Shown here: positions 18,442 through 27,865 of the stretch, piece after piece
Layout: every line of letters begins with the position of its first letter
Position numbering within the stretch: position 1 is the first letter of the stretch
DNA from: an uncultured Nitrososphaerota archaeon
Lineage (GTDB): Archaea; Korarchaeota; Korarchaeia; Korarchaeales; Korarchaeaceae
Reading direction: 5' to 3'
NCBI GenBank assembly: GCA_964594835.1
Contig: CAZQNA010000007.1
Span: 24,665-88,664 of the forward strand
DNA length: 64,000 nt
Notes under the pieces: model-generated
What the model saw: the letters and a program-made list of their open reading frames with translations, nothing else
The model's database searches: none
What the model was told of the DNA's origin: nothing
Program-made: the position numbers and the translations under genes

Positions 18442-19698
18442 ATGTACGTGACCAAGCTCGTCTGCGCCCGCTGCGGAGAGGAGCACGGCCCTGACGAGAG
18501 GGTCTACTTCTGCAGCAAGATGGACGGTCGGCTGGACATCCACTACGACTACGACTCCATAGCCGACGTCCTGACCAGAGAGGAGCTGGAGCTTAGGCCG
18601 GGAGGGACGTGGAGGTACAGGGAGCTCCTCCCGATCGGGGAGGACACGCCCGTCGTCGACCTGGGGGAGGGGAACACCCCCCTGATCAGGGCCACCAGGC
18701 TGGCGGACAGGCTGGGGTTCAGGAACCTCTACCTCAAGGACGAGACCCGGAACCCAACGTGGTCCTTCAAGGATAGGCCGATGGCCGTTGGGGTGGCGAA
18801 GGCCATCGAGTTCGGGGTGAAGACCGCCGTGACGGCCTCCAGTGGCAACGCCGCCGCCGCGCTGGCGGCGTTCGGGGCCAAGGCGGGCATAGACGTGGTC
18901 ACCTTCGTCCCCCACTTCGCCGGCCTCGGGAAGGTTGCCCAGCTCCAGCTCTACGGGGCCAGGGTCGTCCGGCTGAAGTGGGAGGGGGACGAAGACCCGA
19001 CGGTCAAGATGATGGTCGAGATGGTGAGGAGGCGCGGCTGGTACCCGTCGCCCAGCTTCGGCCCCTTCAACCCCTACCAGTTCGAGGGGAACAAGACCAT
19101 GGCCTACGAGATCCTCGAGCAGCTGGGGTGGAGGGCGCCGGACTGGGTCATGATACCCGTCGGGGGAGGGGGGCTCCTGGCGGGCAACTGGAAGGGCTTC
19201 AAGGAGTTCAAGGAGCTGGACTTCGTCGGAGACCTGCCGAGGGTGGCCGCGGTTCAGTCCACCGGCTGCGCGCCCCTCGTGAGGGCCTACCAGCAGGGGA
19301 GGGGCCCCTTCGAGATCGAGCCCTGGGGGAAGCCGGACACCGTGGCCACCGGCCTGGAGGACCCGTTCCCGTGGGACGGAGACGCGGCGCTCACGGCGAT
19401 AAGGGAGTCGGGGGGAACGGCGGTGGCCGTCACCAACGAGGAGATCCTCGAGGCGCAGCGCCTGCTCGCCAGGTACGAGGGGATCTTCGCCGAGCCGTCT
19501 GGAGTGGCGTCGCTGGCGGGCCTGATCAGGCTGAAGGACGAGGGCGCCGTGGATCCGACCGACCTGATCGTGGTGGAGATCACCGGATCCGGGCTGAAGG
19601 ACCCGGACGTGGTCGTGGAGTCGGTCGGCACGCCCCCCGTCGTTGAGCCCACCGTGGACGAGGTCGAGACCTACCTGTCCTCCCTGGGGGCGCTCTGA
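18442..19698 (+). CDS. thrC: Threonine synthase (PLP fold II)
   Basis: LGEGNTPL, NPTWSFKDR, ASSGN, EGNKT, PVGGGG, TGSGLKD. Confidence 0.88.
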   Translation: MYVTKLVCARCGEEHGPDERVYFCSKMDGRLDIHYDYDSIADVLTREELELRPGGTWRYRELLPIGEDTPVVDLGEGNTPLIRATRLADRLGFRNLYLKDETRNPTWSFKDRPMAVGVAKAIEFGVKTAVTASSGNAAAALAAFGAKAGIDVVTFVPHFAGLGKVAQLQLYGARVVRLKWEGDEDPTVKMMVEMVRRRGWYPSPSFGPFNPYQFEGNKTMAYEILEQLGWRAPDWVMIPVGGGGLLAGNWKGFKEFKELDFVGDLPRVAAVQSTGCAPLVRAYQQGRGPFEIEPWGKPDTVATGLEDPFPWDGDAALTAIRESGGTAVAVTNEEILEAQRLLARYEGIFAEPSGVASLAGLIRLKDEGAVDPTDLIVVEITGSGLKDPDVVVESVGTPPVVEPTVDEVETYLSSLGAL

Positions 19699-19860
19699 TC
19701 GGCTTGACCGCTGGCCACCTGGGTCGTCGGGAGAGCCTGGCCCACACCTCAGCCCCAGGCCGCGGACGCGGGACCTAGCGGTCACCAGGCCCCTCGGCGA
19801 CTGCCTTGAATACCTTAAATCTTGACGCGCGAAGCCTACGTGCAGGAGAGTGTGCGGCTA

Positions 19861-22149
19861 ATGAGCCATGGTGATGTTTTCAAAACATCACTACTCCTCG
19901 CCCTGATCCTCGGGCCCGCTCTCCTCTCGACGTCGCTCCACGCCACCGCCGCATCCCCGTCCGACGTGACCAAGGTCTACATCTCTCCCGCTGCGGACCT
20001 CACGATAGTCGAGCACCCCGACGACGCGGACACGAACTACGGAGACATGGACAAGCTGGACGTCGGCTACATATGGCTGCAGATGGAGTACTGCGACGAG
20101 AGCGGGGTGTGCCTGTCCTACCTGGCGGAGTGGGACGTGATCACCCTTCTAAAGTACGACCTGCCGGACGTGTCCCCGGACGTGGAGGTCAAGAAGGTCT
20201 ACATGATCATCCCGGCCACGTTCCTCTACTACTTCCTGCCAGAGGACGACTTCCCCAACCTGTGCAAGTTCACCGTTGGGAAGTTCGACCACATCTTCTT
20301 CGAGGATCAGACGACCTGGAACAGCTGGATGAACGACCCCGGCGCGAAGTGGAACCCCAGGGACTACGTCATACCGCTGACCGCCTTCTACGCCTCGCCC
20401 AACACGGGCACGCCCATCGTGATCGACCTGACCGACGAGCTGAAGGACAGGGTCGAGCAGGGCGGCGACCTGTACATGGCCCTGGCGCCCATGCTCGACT
20501 GGGCGGACTATGAGTGGGCCCCGGGAATGACCTGTCAGCTCTTCATGACGTCCTCCGAGGTGAACGGCGGCCCCGTGCTCTACGTGGAGGTCGGTCCTCC
20601 AGAGTACGTGCCGGGGACCGAGCTCCCGGAGATCCCCTTCCTGCCCGGCCCCACTATACCGCCCGACATCGCGGAGATAATCTCTGGGGTGTCAGGAGAG
20701 GAGGAGGGAGAGCCTGTCCCCCTTCCGAACATCCCCTGGGACCAGCTCACGGAGATACCTAAGATAATAATCCCCCAGGTGCCGCTGACCCCGTCTCCCA
20801 CGCCGATCCCGACGCTGCCGCCCCCGAAGACGATCCCCCCGCCCCCCACCTATCCGCCTACGTTCAGCGTTGACATGACGCCCCTCCTCCAGTCGGTCCA
20901 GGCCGGCGGCTCGGTGACGTTCAAGGTCCAGGTCACCCCGCACTTCGGGTTCTCGGACTGGGTCACCCTCAAGGCGTACGGCGGCCCGGCCGACTGCCTG
21001 ATGACGCTCGCCCCGGACGCGATCAACCCAGTCGCGGCGACGAAGCCGGAGGCCACCCTGACTGTCCAGGTCCCGGAGTGGACGCCGCCAGGCAACTACC
21101 TCGTCACGGTCGTCGGCGAGTCGGGAGGGCTCATGGACTCCGCCTCCGCGTGGATAATGGTGCAGGCCCCACCCCCCTCGGGCCAGCCCGGGCAGCCGCC
21201 CCAGCAGCCTCCCCAGACCCAGCCGCCGGCCGGGGCCAGCGGGGACTTCTACATCGCCGTTAGCCCCAAGGAGCAGTCCACCAGCCAGGGCGCGGCGGCC
21301 ACCTACGAGGTCTTTGTCCACGCGATAGGGGAGTTCCAAGAAGAGGTCGAGCTGTTCCTCGTGAGCCCGCCCCAGGGATCCAAGTTCGTCATTCACGGAT
21401 CCCCGCTCAGTCCGGGAGAGAAGGCCTACGTCCGCGTCCTGCCCACGGAGGGAACCCCGCCCGGCACTTACGACCTGATCATAGCTGGCGTCGGAGGCAG
21501 CATCCAGAGGTCCACGACCGCGCACCTCCAGGTCCTGGCTAAGACCTCGGGGGCCGGGGCCACGACCCCGCCGCCCTCGGAGACCTACCCGCCCACCGGG
21601 GCGGCGGCGATCGACTTGGTGGTCGGGGACGACACGGTCACCGCCCCCGTGGGGGAGAGGAGGAGGACCTGGGCCTACGTCAGGGTGACCCAGGGCCAGG
21701 TGAGCCAGGCCACGATCGAGGTCGTCGACGCGCCTCCGGGGGTGCACTGGGAGCTCTCGTCGGGGCAGGCGGCCCCCAACCAGAGGGTCCTGATCTACCT
21801 GTGGGCCGACGAGCCTGGAGAGTACGAGGTGAGGATCAGGGCCTCGGCCGGCCAGGCGGTGGACGAGGAGGTCATCCGCCTGATAGCCTCGGGAGCGGCC
21901 CCGGGTGAGACCGAGCAGCCGGGGTGTACTGAGCCCGGTTGCGGCAGGACGGGGGCTCCCCAGACTCGGGCGCCTCCCTCAGAGGGTGGCGAGACCACGC
22001 CTCTCGGCCTCAGGCTGTGGCCTGACCTGGTGGTCGCCCTCCTGGCCGCCCTAGTGGTCATCCTGACCCTCCTCCTGCTGATCGTCGGCCGGAGAGGTCG
22101 ATCCGAGGGAGAGGAGAAGGAGGTCCCCGAAGGCGGAGGCGGGGAGTAA
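19861..22149 (+). CDS. Large cell-surface protein: signal peptide, DNRLRE-like domain, Pro-rich linkers, three Ig-like repeats, C-terminal TM
   Basis: AD.TI..DTNYG...LLKYDL pattern; repeated F.V.V.P..Q.V.QG....Y.V units; TYPPT linkers. Confidence 0.7.
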   Translation: MSHGDVFKTSLLLALILGPALLSTSLHATAASPSDVTKVYISPAADLTIVEHPDDADTNYGDMDKLDVGYIWLQMEYCDESGVCLSYLAEWDVITLLKYDLPDVSPDVEVKKVYMIIPATFLYYFLPEDDFPNLCKFTVGKFDHIFFEDQTTWNSWMNDPGAKWNPRDYVIPLTAFYASPNTGTPIVIDLTDELKDRVEQGGDLYMALAPMLDWADYEWAPGMTCQLFMTSSEVNGGPVLYVEVGPPEYVPGTELPEIPFLPGPTIPPDIAEIISGVSGEEEGEPVPLPNIPWDQLTEIPKIIIPQVPLTPSPTPIPTLPPPKTIPPPPTYPPTFSVDMTPLLQSVQAGGSVTFKVQVTPHFGFSDWVTLKAYGGPADCLMTLAPDAINPVAATKPEATLTVQVPEWTPPGNYLVTVVGESGGLMDSASAWIMVQAPPPSGQPGQPPQQPPQTQPPAGASGDFYIAVSPKEQSTSQGAAATYEVFVHAIGEFQEEVELFLVSPPQGSKFVIHGSPLSPGEKAYVRVLPTEGTPPGTYDLIIAGVGGSIQRSTTAHLQVLAKTSGAGATTPPPSETYPPTGAAAIDLVVGDDTVTAPVGERRRTWAYVRVTQGQVSQATIEVVDAPPGVHWELSSGQAAPNQRVLIYLWADEPGEYEVRIRASAGQAVDEEVIRLIASGAAPGETEQPGCTEPGCGRTGAPQTRAPPSEGGETTPLGLRLWPDLVVALLAALVVILTLLLLIVGRRGRSEGEEKEVPEGGGGE

Positions 22150-22168
22150 CCCTCCTCCCTCCATCCAG

Positions 22169-22174
22169 TTTTTT
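22169..22174 (+). terminator. Oligo-T archaeal terminator candidate
   Basis: T6 in a pyrimidine-rich stretch 20 bp after the 22149 stop. Confidence 0.4.
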
Positions 22175-22210
22175 GGACCCGAGTCTGCGGGCACCCTCGG
22201 TTCGGTGAGT

Positions 22211-22236
22211 CGTCGTGAAACGACACTTTCACGACG
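22211..22236. repeat. Perfect 10-bp inverted repeat with 6-bp spacer
   Basis: CGTCGTGAAA-CGACAC-TTTCACGACG. Confidence 0.85.
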
Positions 22237-22401
22237 GGAGAGGGAGCTCGGAGTGTACACGAAGCAGGCCCTCTGCCAACAGGGAAGGACGATCGGCCCT
22301 CTGACGGGCAATGCTGCGCGAACTGGGGGTCTCACGGCGGCGTGGAATCTCGCGTGGGTTAGCGGGCCTTCACATTCCCTTCCTTGACTGTCCAGGGCCT
22401 C

Positions 22402-22794
22402 TCAGGGACACTTCTTCAGGATGGTGGTCTCTGAGCACCCATCCAACACGAGGTAGACCTCCTTGGCCCACTCCATTCCGAGGAGAATCTCCTCCACCCC
22501 CTCCGCGGTCTCTACGAGTCCATCGAGCTTAACTTGCTCCTCCGGGATTGAGATCGAGGCATAACTCCCCCTGAGCGTTACCTCCCTCCCGTCGGCTGTC
22601 CTGGCCCTCGCCTCAACGGGCTCGAGCCGATCCAGTCCCAGCGCCGCGAAGATGTCCCAGGGGACAAGGGCGAATCCCGTGTATCCCGTGTCGAGGACGC
22701 CGAGAACCTCACCGCTCTCCGGATACCTCCGCCCTGTCAGGGGGCTCTCAAGGACCACGGGGATCATCACCGACTCCCGCATCTCCAGGATCAA
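22402..22794 (-). CDS. Clan AA (retropepsin-like) aspartic protease
   Basis: VLDTGYTG, TADG flap, ILLGMEW. Confidence 0.82.
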   Translation of the reverse strand: MILEMRESVMIPVVLESPLTGRRYPESGEVLGVLDTGYTGFALVPWDIFAALGLDRLEPVEARARTADGREVTLRGSYASISIPEEQVKLDGLVETAEGVEEILLGMEWAKEVYLVLDGCSETTILKKCP

Positions 22795-23129
22795 CCGACG
22801 GCCCTCCCCCTGGTCCTGAGGCCGAGGCGCCTGTCGGCTGGGGAGGCGGGGACGCTAACGATCCTCAGGCCCCTGACCGACTCCCCCTCCCTCCTCAGCT
22901 CCTCAGCCAGCTCCTCAAGCGTCCTTGCCTCAGCCACTACCCTCTTCCCCCTGTAAGCCCGGAATACCCTACTCTCCCTCTTCCCTGTGGTATCCAACGA
23001 GAGCCAGGCTCTGATGGCATCCTCTATCGCCCTCGAGAGGGCACCTCGAGCGGCGCCGTAGAGCTGGGCGGCGCGCCTCCTGAGGGCCTCCTCCACCTCG
23101 TCGCTCAGCCTCACGGTCAGGGTGCCCAT
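22791..23129 (-). CDS. RHH plus DUF5678-like protein, putative antitoxin/regulator
   Basis: TLTVRLSDEVEEALRRRA..LSRAIEDAI (RHH); GKRVVAEARTLEEL (DUF5678-like); 4-bp overlap with protease. Confidence 0.62.
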   Translation of the reverse strand: MGTLTVRLSDEVEEALRRRAAQLYGAARGALSRAIEDAIRAWLSLDTTGKRESRVFRAYRGKRVVAEARTLEELAEELRREGESVRGLRIVSVPASPADRRLGLRTRGRAVG

Positions 23130-23353
23130 GGGGAATCAGAATGAATTATGTATGTAAGTAAATAATAGTTCGCGGCTGCGCGTCGGCCGCCTGGCTGACC
23201 TAAGGTTCTCGAGGTAGGGCCCCCCGGCGAGATCAGGCTGATGGCGGCAGAAAAAACTCCCCGAGAGCTTCGTCACCTAACCTCACGTCTGAGGCTCTGC
23301 GCCCTCTTCCACGGGGCGTGGCATCCACGCGTCTTCGAGAGAGGGCCGCCCGC

Positions 23354-24214
23354 TCAGAACCCCTCAGAGGCCTTCATCCCGATCAGGGCCGCCTGGCACT
23401 CCGTGAACATCCTGTTGAAGAACCCGGGCTTCTCCCGAGCCGCCCGGGAGAACAGCTCCTTCAGCCCCTCGAGTTGATCCCTGTAGACCTGCGCGTTCTC
23501 CACGTGCATCCTCATGACCTTCACGCTCTTCGGCATGCCCAGCATCCTGTCGAGCACCCCCCGCTTCACCTCCCTCTCCTCCCAGTAGAAGAGGAAGTCG
23601 TAGGTCTGCGGGGAGAGATCTCCCCTCAGCACTCGGTCGATGACGTATCCGGCCGGGTCCGCCAGCTTGTCTGCCTTGCTCCTGTCGTAGACGAGATCGT
23701 ACACGCTGACCTCGGCCCCGACGGGCGCCCGCTGGATCTTCTCGCTCATGACGCCATACTCTCGTGGGTCAAAGGCTCCCTTCTTCACAGCGACAACGGT
23801 CTTGCTCTTCAGGACCCTCCCCCGCACGCCCGGTCTTATCTCAACGTGTCCGTCCGCCTCGAGGGATAGCATCGTGGCCGCAGCCATCAGGGTCACCTGC
23901 ACCTGGGGCCTGTTGAGCTTGAACAGGTTCTCCTGAAGCCCGGTGAGCCCGAAGAGCTCGTCGTCGAAGACGAATGCGAGAGCGGCGGGGGTCAGCCTCT
24001 CCTGAACGCCGGGCGGGAGCCCTCGACCGCCGATGGGCCCGGCGACGCGTGCCTCCGGTGCCTCGACGGCCTCAATAGCTCCCTGAAGCTCCCTGAGTTT
24101 ACTCTCATACTTCTCCTTAAGCTCCCTGTAAGTCTCCTCGCTTATCCTCCCCTCGAGGAGGGCGTCGTCCAGCTTCTCGAGCTTGGCCCTTATCCTGTCT
24201 ATCTCCCCGCCCAT
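23354..24214 (-). CDS. Hypothetical protein: SHOCT/coiled-coil N-terminus plus possible GPP34-like domain
   Basis: LEGRISEETYRELK; LMAAATMLSLEADGHVEI. Confidence 0.55.
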   Translation of the reverse strand: MGGEIDRIRAKLEKLDDALLEGRISEETYRELKEKYESKLRELQGAIEAVEAPEARVAGPIGGRGLPPGVQERLTPAALAFVFDDELFGLTGLQENLFKLNRPQVQVTLMAAATMLSLEADGHVEIRPGVRGRVLKSKTVVAVKKGAFDPREYGVMSEKIQRAPVGAEVSVYDLVYDRSKADKLADPAGYVIDRVLRGDLSPQTYDFLFYWEEREVKRGVLDRMLGMPKSVKVMRMHVENAQVYRDQLEGLKELFSRAAREKPGFFNRMFTECQAALIGMKASEGF

Positions 24215-24462
24215 GTTACCCCGCGCGAGTGCGGCTATCTAATAACGTTGGATCGCGCCCGCTCCGGTCTGGCGAGGGTGACCCGGCGAACCCGGCCGGG
24301 ACTCAGGCCCCAGAAGTCCCCTGATCTGCGCGCGTCGCGTTGACCGCCGTGAGCTCAGGGTCACCGGCCGCCCGCAGGCCCCGTCCGACCCACCCAGATG
24401 GACCGATCCCCGCGCTCGTCATGGTCTTTTACCTTCACCCTCGTAGGCGCCCGGTGACCGGC

Positions 24463-25464
24463 ATGATCGACGCCGCCCTGGTTGGAGTTGGGGCCATAGG
24501 CTCCATGGTCGTACGGGCGATCCTGGAGGACTACCCGTGGATCGACCTGGTCGCGGCCGTGGACGTGGACCCTGGGAAGGTGGGGAAGGATCTGGGTGAG
24601 ATTGTCGGCCTGGAGGAGGAGCTGGGCCTGGAGGTCGAGGACGACCTGGAGGTGGCGCTGGTCGAGTCTGCCCCGGACGTGGTGATCGTGACGACCTCCT
24701 CCAGGCTGAGGGACGTCTTCGACACCCTGATCACGGCCGTGGGCTTCGGCTCTGACGTCATCTCGACCTGCGAGGAGCTCGCCTACCCCTGGATAGTGGA
24801 CCCGGCGTCCGCAAGGCTGCTTGACGACTCGGCCAGGTGGGCCGGGGTCTCCGTCCTGGGGGCCGGGGTGAACCCGGGGTTCATGATGGACCTGCTGCCC
24901 GCGACGCTCACCCTCCCGTGCACGAGGGTCGACGGGGTCGAGGTCAGGAGGATAGTGGACGCATCCAAGAGGAGGGGGCCATTCCAGAGGAAGATAGGGG
25001 CCGGAATGACTCCGGACGAGTTCAGGGAGGCCATCAGCGCGGGGAAGATCACCGCGCACGTGGGGCTCGAGCAGTCGGCCTATCTCCTGGCTGAGGCCCT
25101 TGGCTGGAGGCCCCTCAGCGTGAAATCGTCTCCCGTGGAGCCGGTGATCGCCAGAGGAGAGGTGGAGACAGACTTCGTCAAGGTCGAGCCCGGCAGGGTC
25201 GCAGGGGTGAGGCAGACCCTCAGGCTGGACGCCGACGGCGGCAGGAGAATAGACCTAATCCTGGAGGCGTACGTTGGGGCGGAGGACGAGCGCGACGAGT
25301 TCGTCGTCAGGGGTCGGCCGCCGGTGCACGCGGCCATCAGGCCAGGCGTGCAGGGGGACTGGGGGACCGTTGGGTCCGTGCTCAACATGATCCCCACCCT
25401 GCTCGGCGCAGACCCAGGTCTCCTGACGATAGTGGACCTGATCCCGAGGAGGCCGCTGTCCTGA
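24463..25464 (+). CDS. DapB-like NAD(P) oxidoreductase (2,4-diaminopentanoate dehydrogenase family)
   Basis: GVGAIG, STCEELAYP, GVNPGFMMD, FQRKIGAG. Confidence 0.78.
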   Translation: MIDAALVGVGAIGSMVVRAILEDYPWIDLVAAVDVDPGKVGKDLGEIVGLEEELGLEVEDDLEVALVESAPDVVIVTTSSRLRDVFDTLITAVGFGSDVISTCEELAYPWIVDPASARLLDDSARWAGVSVLGAGVNPGFMMDLLPATLTLPCTRVDGVEVRRIVDASKRRGPFQRKIGAGMTPDEFREAISAGKITAHVGLEQSAYLLAEALGWRPLSVKSSPVEPVIARGEVETDFVKVEPGRVAGVRQTLRLDADGGRRIDLILEAYVGAEDERDEFVVRGRPPVHAAIRPGVQGDWGTVGSVLNMIPTLLGADPGLLTIVDLIPRRPLS

Positions 25465-25558
25465 CCGCCTCCCCACCGGCCCCTCTCTCCCCCTGACGGT
25501 GGCGAAGTTGATATCTCCCGACCGGCATAGACCCTGAGACGCGAGGGGATGCGGAGCC

Positions 25559-26797
25559 TTGCCCAAGCGGATCTCTAGGGACCTCTGCGTCAGGTGCAAG
25601 GGGACCAAGAGGCTGTGCGGCCTCGAGCGCTGCCCGATACTCGAGAGGCTCCGCGCCCAGAGGTTTCTCCCGCTCCCCAGGCTGGTGGACGCTCGAACGC
25701 TCGAGGGCGGCACCCCGCCGTCCGTCCTCGTGGGGGAGTGGGCCTACCCCCGCGTGAGGGTGGCCCCGATGATGGCCCACGACATCGACGCCGCCTCCCG
25801 GGCCGATGCTCCGAGGGAGTGGGTCAGGTGGGGGCTCGACGAGGTGATCAGGGTCAGGGCTGGTCTGCTCGCGGCCTCGCTGAGGGTCAACGCCAGGAGG
25901 CTGGACGAGAGTATCCTCGAGCCGATTCAGCTTGCGGCGATGTCATCTCAGCCCCTCCCCATGGAGGCCAGACTCCTCAGGCCGCCCAGGCCCAGGCTCG
26001 ACTTCGACGGCGTGCTCGCTCCGGTCGGCCCGGTGGCCGAGGCCGAGAGGGTCGAGCTGGAGGCCGAGCCCCGCGTCCCCACTCCGGTGGAGAGGGCCGT
26101 CTCCGACAGGGACGCCCTGGCCTCAGAGCTCCTGGTGGAACTCTACGACTCGGGCGTGGATGTCTACCACTCCACCAGGCTCCTGAGCCTCGCCCTGCTG
26201 GGAGCTGAGGGGAGGAGGCGACTGGTCCCGACCAGGTGGGCCATCACGGCGACGGACTCAACCGTGGGGCTCGAACTCAAGAGGAGGGCGCTCAAGCTCC
26301 CCGAGTACTCCGGCAGGGTCAGGCTCCACAGGTCCAGATTCTCTGACAACCGCTACTGGGTCCTCATACTCCCGGGCCCATACAGGCTCGAGGTGGTCGA
26401 GGCCTGGCTTCCCGGGAGCATCTGGACGGGCGACAGGGCGAGGGTCGTCACGAACTATGAGGGGACCTTGGACAGGGGGTTCCCGGTGATGGACGGGGGG
26501 CACTACGCCATGAGGCTCCCGGTGCTGGAGCACCTCGTCCGCGAACTCAGGCGCCAGGCCTCGGTGCTGGCCATCAGGGAGATAGGGCCGGGCTACTTCG
26601 CCCCCGTGGGTAGCTGGCAGATCAGGGAGTCGATCAGGCTGGCGCTGAGGTCCAGACCTGAGGAGTTCGACGAGCTTGATGGAGCCCTCTCGAGGCTGAC
26701 CTCCGAGGTCAGGTTTGACCTGCGCGGTCTACTGGCAAAGAGCAGGCTGCTGAGAGAGTTCAAGGGTCAGACCAGGCTCAGGGACCTCCTTGAGTGA
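25559..26797 (+). CDS. nre: Nre family DNA repair protein
   Basis: CxxCKG..LCG..CP zinc finger, LVPTRWAITATD, VGSWQIRE, C-terminal PIP-like QTRLRDLL. Confidence 0.88.
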   Translation: MPKRISRDLCVRCKGTKRLCGLERCPILERLRAQRFLPLPRLVDARTLEGGTPPSVLVGEWAYPRVRVAPMMAHDIDAASRADAPREWVRWGLDEVIRVRAGLLAASLRVNARRLDESILEPIQLAAMSSQPLPMEARLLRPPRPRLDFDGVLAPVGPVAEAERVELEAEPRVPTPVERAVSDRDALASELLVELYDSGVDVYHSTRLLSLALLGAEGRRRLVPTRWAITATDSTVGLELKRRALKLPEYSGRVRLHRSRFSDNRYWVLILPGPYRLEVVEAWLPGSIWTGDRARVVTNYEGTLDRGFPVMDGGHYAMRLPVLEHLVRELRRQASVLAIREIGPGYFAPVGSWQIRESIRLALRSRPEEFDELDGALSRLTSEVRFDLRGLLAKSRLLREFKGQTRLRDLLE

Positions 26798-26820
26798 GCC
26801 TCACCGGCTTGAGTCTAAGC

Positions 26821-27498
26821 CTACAACCTGACCCCGAGCTCCCTGGCGGTCTCCCTCAGGGCCGCCTCCACCTCCCCCTCCGACCTGCCGACCGGCAGGG
26901 TCTGGGAGCCGGGTTCACCCTCCCCCTCGGCCTCTATCAGCATCCCCTGGCTGATCTCACCCCCTGTCCTCCTGGGAGGGAGCACGGCGAATGCCCTCAC
27001 GTCTCCGCTGGAGACGCCCGGGAGGTTCGTGACGACGGTGAACTTCCCCAGGCCGCCCGCGTCGATCTTGATCCTCCAGAGCCGCTCTGCTATGGGCTCG
27101 ACGTGGGCTACGCTGCCCCAGGCCGCCTCTATCGAGTGCGCGAAACTGGGCTCCCCCTCTAGGAATCTCCTCCTCAGCCCGGCCAGCGTGACGCCAGCGA
27201 ACCTGACCCAGCTGGCCGCCATCCTCTCAGACGACTTCTGAAGCTTTGAGAGCTCGTCCCAACTCTTCAGCAGGCTGGCGCCGGCCGACTCGATGGGGTC
27301 GAGGAGGCCCTGCTCCGCCGCCTGCCGAGGGGGGAGGAAGGAGTATCGCAGGGTGGCGACGTGCTGGCGCAGGGGACCGACGACGGGCTCGAGCTCCCTC
27401 TGGTGCTGTCTGGGCAGCTGGGGGAGGTGCCTGGCCAGACCGGCCACTGCTATCTCGGCGACCACGATTCTCGGGTCGGAGCTGGTGTCGTGGCTCAT
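26821..27498 (-). CDS. Archaeal tRNA-binding OB-fold protein
   Basis: DTSSDPRIVVA N-terminus, LRYSF, VVTNL, LPPR, SQGM. Confidence 0.72.
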   Translation of the reverse strand: MSHDTSSDPRIVVAEIAVAGLARHLPQLPRQHQRELEPVVGPLRQHVATLRYSFLPPRQAAEQGLLDPIESAGASLLKSWDELSKLQKSSERMAASWVRFAGVTLAGLRRRFLEGEPSFAHSIEAAWGSVAHVEPIAERLWRIKIDAGGLGKFTVVTNLPGVSSGDVRAFAVLPPRRTGGEISQGMLIEAEGEGEPGSQTLPVGRSEGEVEAALRETARELGVRL

Positions 27499-27575
27499 CG
27501 GCGAGTCTCGGCTGGCCAGGAAGCTAAAACCACTCGGGTCTGGGGGCCGCCCTCCAGAGGCAAGGCGCGCGTCGG

Positions 27576-27635
27576 CGGTAATACCCAAAGTCCCAAAATG
27601 GTAGACTTAAATTACACGATCGGTAATACCAAAAG
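27576..27635. promoter_or_regulatory. Duplicated operator flanking the vapBC TATA box
   Basis: CGGTAATACCCAAAG (27576) and CGGTAATACCAAAAG (27621) around cttaaatta. Confidence 0.65.
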
Positions 27636-27637
27636 AG

Positions 27638-27865
27638 ATGTCGGAGGTCGTCAGCTTCAAGGTCCCCAGGGAGATCAAGGAGAAGATGCGGAGGTACTCC
27701 GGGAGGATCAAGTGGAGTGAGGAACTCAGGAGGTTCGTGACAGAGAGGATCAGAGAGCTGGAGAGGGAGGAGAATCTGATGAAGGTGGTTGAGACCATAG
27801 AGTCGACGAGGGGAGTCCCCAGGGGATTTTCGGCGGGGGCCGTTCGGGAGGACAGGGACGCTTGA
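27638..27865 (+). CDS. vapB: VapB antitoxin (RHH/CopG-like)
   Basis: SEVVSFKVPREIKEKM..WSEELR; C-terminal VREDRD; overlaps vapC. Confidence 0.82.
   Translation: MSEVVSFKVPREIKEKMRRYSGRIKWSEELRRFVTERIRELEREENLMKVVETIESTRGVPRGFSAGAVREDRDA

Noticed and set aside
18352-19785. Apparent 730-aa fusion extending the ABC ATPase
   Set aside because: The extension is the antisense frame of thrC; ATPase homology starts near 18351
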